Assembly (NCBI RefSeq): GCF_018350175.1
Contig: NC_058368.1
Location: forward strand, 186,064,001 to 186,128,000
Direction: 5' to 3'
Length of the DNA: 64,000 nt
Origin: Felis catus
Lineage: Eukaryota
Shown here: piece by piece, positions 37,249-48,977 of the stretch
Position numbering within the stretch: position 1 is the stretch's first letter
How the letters are laid out: every line of letters begins with the position of its first letter
The notes under the pieces: generated by a model
The model's database searches: none
What the model was told of the DNA's origin: nothing
What the model saw: the letters and a program-made list of their open reading frames with translations, nothing else
Translations under genes and position numbers: made by a program

Positions 37249-37445
37249 GGGATGTCTGGGTGGCTCAGTTGGTTAAGTGTCTGGCTCTTGGTTTCAGCTC
37301 AGGTCATGATCTCATGGTTTGTGAGTTTGAGCCCCACATTGGGCTCTGCACAGATGGCATGGGGCCTGCTTGGGATTCTCTCTCTCCCTGCCCCTCCTCT
37401 TGTTTATGCTCTCTCTCTCAAAATAAACTTTAAGAAAATGTTTTT
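37249..37445 (+). mobile_element. Can-SINE
   Basis: gggatgtctgggtggctcagttggttaag head. TSD aaaggtatac. Confidence 0.93.
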
Positions 37446-37896
37446 AAAGGTATACATACTGGAAAGGAATAAATCAAACTCTATTCATAGATGACATGAG
37501 TGTCTTATAAACTCTCAAAGAATCCTCAAAAACTAAACAAGATAAAAACTAAAAACAAATGTTATGAAAATGAAAAGCATGTATAAGATTGCTGTATATA
37601 TATGGCTAATATACAAAAGTCAATTGCTTTTCTTTATGCCAGCAGTGAACACTGGAATTTTTAAATTAAAAAGTCAATACCATTTATAATAACAAGAGAA
37701 AAAAGTACCAAGTTATAAATCATACAATATATGTAGAAGACTACAACACATATATAAAAGAAATCAAAGATCTAAATAAATGGAGAATCATTCCCATTTA
37801 TGGACTGGAATCAGTATTATTAAAACATCAATTTATCCCAATTTAATCTGCAGGTTAGATACAATTCCAATAAAAATCCCAGCAATTAGAAACTAA

Positions 37897-38485
37897 TTGT
37901 TACTTCTTGTCTGTTTGATTTTAGCCATTCTGACAGGTATAAGGTGATTTCTCACTATAGTTTTGATTTACATTTCTATGATGATTAGATAAATGGATAA
38001 GGAAGATGCCATGTATATAACACAATGGAGTATCATACAGCCATAAAAAAGATGAGTTTGCACCATTTGTGACAACATGGATGTACCTAGTGGGTATTAT
38101 ACTAAGTGAAATAAGTCAGACTGAGGAAGACAAATGGCTATATGATTCTACTCATATGTGGAATCAAACAACACTAATGAACAAACAAACAAAAGAAGTA
38201 GAATCAGACTTATAATTTCAGAGAACTGATGAGTGCCCGAAGAGAGGTAGATGGGCAAAATGGGTGAATGGGAGTGGGAAGTATAGGCTTTCAATCATGG
38301 AATGAATAAGTCATAAGAATAAAAGGTGCAGCATAGGGAACACAGTCAATAATATTAGAATATGTTGTATGGTAACAGGTGGTACTTGTGGTGAGCATAG
38401 CATCAAGTATGGAGAAGCTGAATCATTAGATTGTACACCTGAAACTAATGTAACATTGTGTGTCAACTGTATTTTTTAAAAATAG
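37897..38485 (+). mobile_element. Carnivore L1 3' end with an inverted 5' segment
   Basis: 37897-37988 is antisense ORF2 (ttttagccattctgacagg). 37988-38485 is the sense end of ORF2 plus 3'UTR, homologous to 21931-22445. Confidence 0.85.
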
Positions 38486-38491
38486 CTCAAA

Positions 38492-38615
38492 TAGGGAGAC
38501 TGGTTGTCTCAGTCAATTAAGCATCCAACTCTTGGTTTCAGTTCAGGTCATGATCTCATAGTTCTGGGTTTGAGCCCCACATTGGGCTCCAAACTGACAG
38601 TGGAGCCTCCCTGGG

Positions 38616-38674
<59 letters not shown>

Positions 38675-38738
38675 GTCTGCCCCTCCCCAATTCACACACT
38701 CTCTCTCTCTCGCTCTCTAAATAAACTAACAAAAAAAT
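38492..38738 (+). mobile_element. Can-SINE
   Basis: caggtcatgatctcatag, long (CT)n and A tail. Confidence 0.92.
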
Positions 38739-39803
38739 TAGCACAAACGTCTATCAACAGTTTAATGAGTACATACACTATATATATAACTTGTTTACTC
38801 ATACATCTGAAAATGAAAACATCAAAATGCTAAAAATTATTCTCTATGAATGGTGAATTAGAAGTGATTTTTGAAAAATTAAATTTCTGTGTTTTTTTTC
38901 TGTTTCTTGAGCTTTTTGCAGTGAGCACTTATTACTCTTTAAAATTTGGACCATACATACAAATCAAAGATGCTAGTAAAAGCAAGCAAACAAACAAACA
39001 CAATCAGTGTTTGATGCTTCAGTGTCAGAAGATGACTTTCAGAAGTAAGAAATGACACCCAGAAATGGAGACAATTACACTTACAAATTAGCATGTACAA
39101 TTCTGTTTAGCTTTAGACAAAGTAAAAGATCTGAAATAATTTTTATACAAATTCTTCTAGCGTTTCAAGCTCTTGTGGACACTTCTTCTAGCCCACTGCA
39201 CCTTGAGGCATTAATATCAGGTTGTAGTCACCTTGCATTAACTTAGACCCATCCCGATAGCAGACTACTAAAATTAGAAGCTTTTTTTGGAGATGAAATA
39301 ATGACAGCTTAAGTGAATTTTCCTCCCTCTTGAGAAAATGCTAGGAACAAGGTACCATCTGGTAGGTGTATGTACACAAGTCAATACAGTAACAATGAAC
39401 TGCATAACAGTTCATCACGTCCTTTTGAGAATAAAATGGCTGCAAAATCAAAAGTTCACATTTGGAGCAGTTTATTTCATATATCTATTAACTTTACACC
39501 AAATGATGCTCTTAATATTTTCTGGAATAAAGGATAGTAGGCTACAGAATATATTTTAAAACATTCTACTTAATCATAAGGGCAAATCTGAGTAAAAGTT
39601 ACAGATGTTTTGAAGTAGTAAATGGAGTAATATGCACGGCCACACTTATTCCCAAATATGTTTAATAAACATTTTTTAAAGTAAGGTGATGAAGGGTAGA
39701 ACATGACTTTTTAAATTATTTTCTATAGAAAAATGATAAAAATTATTTTTACATAGAAATAATTTAGACAGAATTTGACCACCTATAGTTCTGTTTGTAT
39801 GTA

Positions 39804-39806
<3 letters not shown>

Positions 39807-39857
<51 letters not shown>

Positions 39858-39880
39858 CATATATACATATACATATATAT
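39807..39880. repeat. (TA)n(TG)n compound microsatellite
   Basis: Seen directly. Confidence 0.9.
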
Positions 39881-39913
39881 AGTTCTTCCATTATTTTAAA
39901 GTTTATTTATTTT

Positions 39914-40112
39914 TAATTTTTTTAATATTTATTCATTTTTGAAAGACAGAGAGACAGAGCACAAGCAGGGGTGGGGCGGAGAGAGAGGGGGACACAGACT
40001 CTGAAGCAGGCTCCCGGCTCTGAGCCCAACGCAGCGCTCGATCTCACATCATCTCAGATCATGACCTGAGCCAAAGCCAAACGCTCAACCGACTGAGCCA
40101 CCCAGGCACCCC
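39914..40112 (-). mobile_element. Can-SINE inserted in the tail of the next SINE
   Basis: TSD taaagttta(t/c)ttatttt at ~39897 and 40113. Confidence 0.92.
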
Positions 40113-40117
40113 TAAAG

Positions 40118-40143
40118 TTTACTTATTTTTGAGAGAGAGAGAG

Positions 40144-40175
<32 letters not shown>

Positions 40176-40356
40176 CCTGCATGAGTGGGGGAGGAACAGA
40201 GAGAGAGGGAGAGAGAGAATCCCAAAATCCCAAGCAGGTTCTATGCTGTCAACATGGAGCCTGGCACGGGGCTTGATCTCATGATCTGTGAGATCATGAC
40301 CTGAGCCAAAATCAACAGTCAGACACTTAACCAACTCAGCCACCCAGACACCCTCC
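40118..40356 (-). mobile_element. Can-SINE with internal (TG)n
   Basis: gagaatccc…gagatcatgacctgagcc…cccagacaccctcc. Confidence 0.92.
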
Positions 40357-42910
40357 AATCCTTTTCATTAATGTCATAATATTCTTGCAAAATAACAGCA
40401 AATGAAAACCAATAACTTAAAATGAATAATAAGGAAGTTATGGGCATCCCTGAAAGGAAGGAGGTCATTAACTTTAGGAAATTAATGTAATCCATCCAAT
40501 TAAGAGATTAGACTAGAAAATTACCTGATGTTAATAGATTCAGAAAAGCAATTTGAAAAAAAAGCAACCACAAAATATACTGCATTTTAAGTAGCAAACT
40601 AATAAAGTCCTGATAATATGTGTTTATAGAAGTCAGGGGAATGATTACCTCTAGGGATAGAAAGATGATTTGACTAAGGGAAGGCACTGGAATCTTCCAA
40701 GAAATATTATTCCAATATTATATTTCTTGATAGTGGTTTCGTGCATTTAAACTTTTCAATTAAACACGAATTATGTAATTACATATTCATGTTTGATGTA
40801 TTTTATCTAGTTAAAATATATCACAATAAAACTTAAAAATAAATCAAGTTATATAGGTTATATTAAAAATCAAGTATTATCAATCTCTGGTCACACAACA
40901 ATTTTAGGAAGCTTATAGATACCATAAAATAATAGTACAAATTTGTGAGATTTTTTTTAAATTTTACAGATAAAATGCAAATTTTTCACTTGTTTCTGGT
41001 TTTGCACTATTTTGATTTGCAACTTTTACTCCAAAATGATTTTTGAAGAAAAAGGCAAACTAAGAACATTATGTATCACTTAATCATAAACAAAATAAAC
41101 ATAAAATAATCATTCAGAAGAAGTTTCTTATTATCAACGTGACTGTATCTTTTGTGCTTTTCATTGTTCAAGATAAATGGAAAGGAAGAGTACAATTATT
41201 ATGTCTTAATGTGCTTTTATTCCAAATCTTGTGGTTTTGCTCAAAGTGAAGGAAGAGAAAGAGGAAAAAGAAATTATGATTTACCATATGAATGAAAAGT
41301 CAGCCTATTTTTAAAGACTTTTTTCTCCTTAAATCTTCAATCATTTTTGGAATTTCCAATTCAATCTTTTAAACTATGAGAAATGCTTTAGGTAATTTGG
41401 ATAAAACACTGACATTTAAATGATGTTTAAAAGGTACTATAACTTGAAGCTTTAAAAATGAACCGTCAGTTTTAGTCTTGCTGTTGTTTTAGAACTGCAA
41501 TTAAACATGCCATATGTTAGCTAATCTGCAAATAATACATCTGTGTTCATTTGTGGAATTTCCCTCCTCCAGACTTCTATTCCAAGCTCCACTTAAGAAG
41601 CATCCTGTGAGTTACAGTTACCACACTTTCCTTCTGAAGAAGAAAAGGCTGAAGATGTTGAAGTCCTCCATGTAGCCATGTGTAATCCATATTTAGCATA
41701 AAATAATTAGGTTCTTGGAGGGGAAGGAAAACAGAGGGATGATATAATTTTTATCACCTTTTCACCAATAGTCAAAGCCTTTACTAAGTATCTATAATTC
41801 ACCAAAAAGATGTTAGGAATAATAAGTGTAATACATAGTTTTACCTTAAGAAATCTATCATATGATTGAAGAGATCATGTACGGATATCACACACAACCA
41901 CAAATTGTATGAAGTAACAGATGCATGGGGGGAAAAGTATACATTAGAAGAGATAAGGAAAAAATCACACCTTTGAGGCACATCTTCTTTCCTGGCAAAC
42001 TATTAATTTTTCAAAACTCCATTTAATGTCACTTCATCCATAAATACTTTCCTGCCCCCTCCACCCTCAGCCCAGCCCTCACTCATGGACAGATGTAAAT
42101 CTTCCTTTCTCTGTGCTCTCACAGCACTTTCACAGATTGCTAGGACTTTTGTGTTCTGAGCCTTTCCCTTCAGCCTGTACCTAAAAGCAACTACAACTTC
42201 AGCAAAGCTTTCTCTTTTTTTCTTCCTCAAAGTGTAAGAAAGTGTTGTCCCTTTTTTGGGTTAAGTGATTTTGGTTACATGCTTTTTTGGGTTAAGTGAT
42301 TTTGGTCTTAAACAATCTAGAGAAGAGGAGGATGGGAGAAGGACCAAGTTCAGAAGGAAGTATGTATCTCAATGCTGGGATGTTAAAAGGATCTATTAGA
42401 AAACTTGCTCTAGGCATTTATTAATCAGGCCATTAATCAGACCATTTTCTTCACAACATGTGACGAAAGAAGAGAATCCCTCTTCAATATTTGTTTGTAA
42501 ATCATTCTGTAAAATAGTAAACAGTCCTTAGAGGCTAAATCATATGGGTCATGGCTTCATAACCATATAGCCATGGCTTCATAGACCTAGAACACTTGAA
42601 TATTACACTTTTCATTATACATGGAAATAATCTAAATTTGTAGTGGGATAATATTTTGATACTATAATTGTTCGAGATATCCTTTCCTCTCTGCTGTCCC
42701 CCTCCAGTCCACCCCCTCACTCTGCTTTTTATGTAGTTATTCACATTGAAATAGATCAGTGATGCATCAAATGCATAGAAAAAAAAAGTTTAAAAAAATT
42801 CTTGAAACTTTGGAGAGGATTTAACCTTGAAAGCAAAAAGTTTTAGTTTGTATAAGTTTGCTAATTTAGAATTCAGAGGGCTAAGCCCTAAAAAAGAGAA
42901 AGCTCATATC

Positions 42911-42913
<3 letters not shown>

Positions 42914-42957
<44 letters not shown>
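42914..42957. repeat. (TA)n microsatellite
   Basis: Seen directly. Confidence 0.95.
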
Positions 42958-42960
<3 letters not shown>

Positions 42961-43447
42961 AGAAAACTGTCCTTATTCCTAAGGCCTAAGAATCATAGTA
43001 AGGTTAAAGAGTTCTGCGGGGTCCCGAATAGAAAGAACAGACTGTCCAGTAGCATGCTGTCAATGACTGATTACCCAGGAGCTAATGGGGGGCTGTGCCA
43101 CATCCACAGACACATGAGTGCCATCTAACATCCATATGGAGGTTATAATCCATGTAAGACCTGCTAGCCAATGTTAATAGGTTCAGCAGAAAGGATATGC
43201 AGTTTTCCAAGCCATATCCAGATTATTCCTTGCCAATAAGGTCCCTCCTTTTGCCTATAGAGCAACACACGAAACACAACAATGGAACAAAGAAACACCA
43301 CCACCCCCTCACTTCCACTTAAAAAAAGTTAAGAAAAACAAATAGAACTTTAGATACCTAGAAGACATATGATAGTTTAAGAGTTGAAACCTTCAGCTTG
43401 TACACATATGTGGGGCTATAGTAATTACCTAAAATTGTTTCACATAT

Positions 43448-43698
43448 TAGTGACTCTCAATGAAGAACAACTTTATCCCTTCCTTCTGGAGACATCTGAC
43501 CATGGCTGGAGACATTTTTGGTTGTCACATGTTGGTGGGGAGGAAAAGATGGGGTTGCAGAGGATGTGCTATTGGCATCTAATGAGTAGATTCCCACAAT
43601 GCTGCTGACTACCCTACATTTCACAGAGCAGCCTTCTTACAACAAAAAATTATTTATGGCCCCAAATGTCAAGAGCATGGAGATTGTGGAAAACATGC
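43448..43698. mobile_element. MER20-like hAT-Charlie DNA transposon
   Basis: ctggagacatttttggttgtcaca…gctattggcatctaatgagtaga…acaacaaaaaattat…ggccccaaatgtcaa are MER20 hallmarks. Confidence 0.85.
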
Positions 43699-43869
43699 CC
43701 TAGAGCATGGCCTATAGTAAAACATGCTTTCATCATGCTTTCTTTGTATTAGGACATGATCTGCTAGCACATGTGTAAATTTTATTTTTGCCTAAAAAAA
43801 TAAGGATAAGTGGAAGAGAAGAATATCTCTGCAAATGGGAGAGAAAACTCCCAAGATGATTTTAATTCT

Positions 43870-44000
43870 TTTTCCCCAACTCTGTGTTCAGTGATATCAT
43901 ATTGGCAACTTGAAATTGGTCATAGTGGAGTATTTGCATCAAAGAAGTTGGCAAACATAACAAATAGGAGCTTTGTGTTTTCCCCAGAGAGCATACCACG
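43870..44000. mobile_element. MER63-like hAT-Blackjack fragment
   Basis: gtgttcagtgatatcatattggcaacttgaaattggtcat…gagtatttgcatc…ttggcaaac. Confidence 0.7.
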
Positions 44001-47000
44001 GACAGTCAGATTAGCATTTTTAAAAAATTTAGTAGGAGCTAGTTTGGGTAATAAGAGTGGAAGGAGGAAGCCAAATTGGAATCTTACATTAAGAATCCAA
44101 GTGACAGATTGTTAGACCTTACTGGCCAGGTATATTGGGGTTGTAAAGAAGGGGACATATTAAGAGAATTAAGGAGATGTAGTAGTGATTAATTGGATGT
44201 GGGACATCAGTTGCTTTGGGCCATTCAGTGGATGATGGTGCCATTTACTGAAATGAGAAACCCATGAGGGAGAACAGGTTTAAAGTGAATGGTGGTAGGT
44301 TACCTTTTGGACATGTTAAGTTTGACCCACCTCTGACATTAAGTTAAAACATCAATCAAGCATATGGACACAGACACATGTTCATTAGTCTTAACATTAT
44401 AGAGGACTAATATTTCCTATTGTTACTACTTCTGAATCCCAATATTCAAACTGAATTGGAATTAATTTCACTTAATGGCATGGGATTTTATAATTTCATC
44501 CCATCTTATTGCTCCTCCTCCACCATCACACATATTCCTTCCTTTTCAGATGTTAGACATCAATCTGGAAATCCCTATTCTGACCCCAAGGACTTCCGTT
44601 GCTTTTTAGTAAGCAACTTTTATTTATAGCTAGACCTATGGGTGAACAGCTTTGTCCTCTCAGACAATTAATTTCTCAGGGCTATTTATACCTGTTGTCT
44701 TCTCCAAGAAGACACAGGTAGTTTCCACAAAGTCACAGCAAGGGGTAGGCAGTCACCATGGTCATGGACATGCTACATGCCCAGAGAAAAGTACACCGAG
44801 ACTTAGAGCCTCTGCAGGCAAATGTGATTTAGAAAACATGAAGCAATGTTGGTCATGGCACTACAATCATGTTTGGCTGTTTTGGAAAATTTTCTCTTTT
44901 GTTTTGCTTTAAAATTCTTTGGGAAAGACAAACAGACAAAAAATAAAATAAAACTCTTTGGGGAAAAGGCCAATGTCATGAGGAAGACCATTTAGAAAGT
45001 GACTGCAGCATTTTGGGTAGTGAGACACATGATGTCTAATGCTGGCAGGAGCAAGGGTGAGCAAACTGAGTTAGCAAGTATTATATTTATGCCTAATATT
45101 GTCTTCGTCTTTTGACATATTCTTTCAAGCCCCTAGCATTTCCCAAGAGTCAAGTGAATGAATTCTTCCCTTGCCAAATGCCAGATGGCTGGCGTCTTAT
45201 TTGTGGAAGTAAAAATAATTAAACAAATCCTTCTCTAATTGTTTTGCCCCATCCTCGAACGCACAAGTCTTTCTGGGTCTTTCTTCTAGATGATGGATAA
45301 ACAAATGCTGAAGTTTTAAGTGTCCTTGTTTAAACTCCAGACCTCAATTCATCCTGCAATCAGAGCCCAAGTTTCCCATAAACGTTATTAAGCAATTGTC
45401 ATAGATCTGGTCTTCTCCACTACTGCTGGGCAAGTGGTGAGCCGAAAATGGAAATATTTCTCTCTTAAAAATAATGTATCCTCCTTGATTTGTATATTCC
45501 AGAAGTTCAAAAAAAACCTGAATTTGAGTCCTATTTCTGCCAAATGAAAATTATATTGGTATCTAGCTCATGGAGTCTTGGAAAATATATAAAGCTTGTA
45601 GGGTAGGTCACCAGACTGGCATTTTATATGGACCTAACCAGTAATGTCTGATAGCTACTATGGACCAAATTGGCCATCTTACATTATATGTGGATCATTT
45701 TTCATAGTCCTGAGAAATTGGCTGTGCAACCTCTACTCTACAAATTACAAATGGATGCATAGTGTATAGAGTAAAATTCCCATAGTAACAAACATAATGG
45801 GGGCGGGGGGAGAACTGAGATTCAAACTCAGTCTGCCCAGGTTCAAAGTAATTGTTCTTTTCCATATGTAATTATTTCTCATATTAGACCTGGCTTCCCG
45901 AACTCCCCTTTTATTAGCATTACACCTAATTTACCTGTAATCAAAAGTTCTTAACATTAATTCTTAACATGTCAAGAAAAAATACTAATTATACAATACT
46001 TTGTTATTCTCATGTCTAGTGAAAAAATAACAAATCTGTCCAGCTTAATAAATATGTGTTAAGTACCTAATGTTTCAGGTTCTGTATTAGCTCAGCAATA
46101 GTGAAAATTAATGCAAAAAATTACTAAAATTATTAAATTTAAGGGTAGGATGCATCCAAATATTGATAGAGTTATAGAAAAAAGGGTAATCAAGTTCAAG
46201 ATTACTGGGATAATAAATTGGCAAAAACAAAAACAACAACAAAAAACCCCACAACCTTTGGGCAATTATTAGATGTTATCTACCAGAATGGAAAATATTA
46301 AATATCTGATTCCAGTTTAGATTCATAATCCATATATTCTTTTGAATGCATGGAAGGAGACATATGCATGGGTATTCATTTCAGTACTATTTGCAGCCAG
46401 TGTTGGGGGGGGGGGGATGGTAACACTCTGAAGTTCAGTGACAAGATGAATGGTAATTTGTCTATGTTCCAGAACAGTGTGGATTAGTTACAGTGATCGA
46501 AAGATTTGTATCTACTTTTTCAGAAAGAATGCTAAGACTTTGTAAAGTTAAGAATGTTTCAGAAAAGTATGATAACATTTCTTTAAAAATCAATTTTCCT
46601 CTATTTTGCAAAAGAGTAAACTCTCTTTATAGATTAAATTTCCAAGGCTCAAGAAGATCCTTTTATGATACAAACTTAGGTCTATCAAGTATCTATAAAC
46701 CATGCTCCTAGACTAGGAGGATTCAGAGTTATTATAGGTGGAGGGAACATCAGATTGTCTAGTTCAGTGGTCTCTTCCACCCATTCCTAAGGGCCTAAGA
46801 GGGATCCTGAGTTTCCTAAGAAGGAACATCCTTGACTTTTACTCTTTCTATGTACTCCTGTACCCCTTGATACTTCAACTAGAACAACTACAAATTTGTA
46901 TTGATTTTAAGAGTTTACTGGAAAAGAATTTTAAAAAGTGTTCTATTTTACACCCATGTGAATATGAATGCCTCGAATTAAAAATAAGGTAACTAAAGCC

Positions 47001-47132
47001 CAGAGAGGGAAGCTAGGTTGCCCAGAGTCACAGAGCAGAAAACAGCTTCATCTCCAAATCCAATTGATCTACTGGTATATCATGCCGCTTCTATGCATTC
47101 TCAGATCCTATCCCTGTGCCTCTTTTTACTAG

Positions 47133-47174
47133 GAGAAAAGGTCCCTAACTAGGAAAGGTCATGAAGAAAATCAG
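47133..47174 (+). other. Candidate 42-nt exon (gene unknown)
   Basis: Acceptor ctatccctgtgcctctttttactAG and donor CAG|GTAAGA. Purine-rich; frame 0 is open (EKRSLTRKGHEENQ). Confidence 0.3.
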
Positions 47175-48259
47175 GTAAGAGAGGCACCAAAGATCAAACA
47201 AACAGAGGCTGGGCCCCAAAGAGGGAAAACTTAAGCTGCAGACGGAGAAGAAGGGTGAGGAGCCTTTCTTCATATTTTTGCTTTTGACATACATTTTCAG
47301 AGGTTCGGTTTTTCTCCTGGAGCTGGAATAAATTTTCAAAGGGGACTAATTGCACTCTCTTAGGGGAAAAAAGTAATTGCTTCGCAGTTTAATTGAATGA
47401 GGACAGATTAGTTTCCGCCGATGGTTTGTCTTCTTTTAGTAGTGGAGACTCACTGAAAATGAGCAGCCGATGAGCAGAGGAAACCAGTTCTTAGGGCCCA
47501 AGCTGTTGGGTGCTCAGAATATAAACACTGGTCTCATTTCCTCTTCTGAAATTTCAGGGCTTATTTGTCTTCTTGTGTTTACCCTTCATCATTAGTTCCT
47601 GTGGCCTTCACATGCCACCAAGAAGCTCCAAACTTAGAAATACTTTTTTACAATGTTGTATGAAAATACTCTAGTAGAAAATAGGACACCTGCTTTAATA
47701 AATTTGGGAAAATCCCTTTCAAACCCACAGCATCTCCTTTTCACACCTATAGTTAGAGCTAAAGAACATAATTCATTCCAAGAATATTTATTCGTTAGTA
47801 TTTAGAAAGACATGCTTGTCTCTCACTTTAGGTATTTCTGTGTCAAAGGACATCAGTTAATGTAAATACTGGCTTCTCCCTGCCTCTTCACATACTGATT
47901 CTCTGGGAGGGAAAAGTGACCTTAGAGGATTAGAATAACTGAGAAGAATAAACTGATCAGGTTCAATGTAGCTTCTTTTTCCCTTGTAAACCAGGAATCT
48001 TATCTGATGTTCCAGGGGCACATTCTTTTGCATCAAGCTGTCCTAGATGGGAATTGCCTGAGATAGAAAGGGAGAGTCTGCTATTTGTTGAGTAATGTCA
48101 ATACATTACAGCTAGTAATGTAGATAATGCTTTGACCTCCATCTGGCCCTCTTGTTCTGTCTGCCCATCTCTGTTTCTTTTCATTTTCTGGAACACATGT
48201 GGAAAAGATATGGCCTCTCAGAGACCTCGAAACCTCCAATGTGTCAATTACTCTTCCAG

Positions 48260-48620
48260 ATCTGGGGATGCAATGGTGATATTGACAAATAAGGACTCTT
48301 CAAATGGAGCTTGCATTCTAGTGGAAGAAGCAAATAATGAAAAAAGGCACTAAACAAATATGTTTTAGGATGGTGGTATGAGACAATAGTTAACTGAGGG
48401 TGTAACTTCAGATTGAGTAGTAATGGACATTTAAACTGTTTCTAAAAAGAGAAAGACAGGCAGGCATGTGAAAATCTGGGGCAAAAATATTCCAGGCATA
48501 AGGAAGAACACATGGAAAAGATCTTGGCATGTTCAAGGAACAGGGGGAAAAAGAGGCTAATATGCCTGGACAAAGTGATAAATGAGGGCAAATTTAGGGG
48601 AATTAGAACAAAGTGATAGG
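48260..48620 (-). mobile_element. L2 fragment
   Basis: ctggggatgcaatgg…atggagcttgcattctagtgg…attccaggca…cttggcatgttcaaggaac. Confidence 0.75.
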
Positions 48621-48923
48621 CAGAAACTTATTTGTTCAAGTGAAAGAAATGATACATTTTTGATACAATATCACAGGCATGCTATTTTTTAAGGTGGTTA
48701 TAGGGAAAGAGAAATAGGTACTCATTCAGATCTTTCCTAAAGGAAATGTTTTAAAGTCTGAATAGCAAGGAGTTTGATTACTGAAATTCCAATGAGTATT
48801 TTGTTTTTATTGTATTACTTATTGTTTCATGCCCAACACCCTATTCCCCAGTTTCATATTTTCTTATGATCATGCACGGAAACAAGGAGCTTATCTGTGA
48901 CATGCTGTCATCTCACTGGGTCA

Positions 48924-48925
<2 letters not shown>

Positions 48926-48975
<50 letters not shown>
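48926..48975. repeat. (CA)n microsatellite
   Basis: Seen directly. Confidence 0.95.

Positions 48976-48977
<2 letters not shown>

Larger units (their letters stand above)
34030..37890 (+). mobile_element. Old L1 fragments (ORF1, inter-ORF, ORF2), interrupted by five SINEs and a minus-strand L1 piece at ~37045-37230
   Basis: cacagattcaagaaattcagcaaatccc (ORF1), ccaacttagaattctg…aaaatatccttc, aaactctattcatagatgacatg (RT motif region) and aatatacaaaagtcaattgcttttct. Confidence 0.75.
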
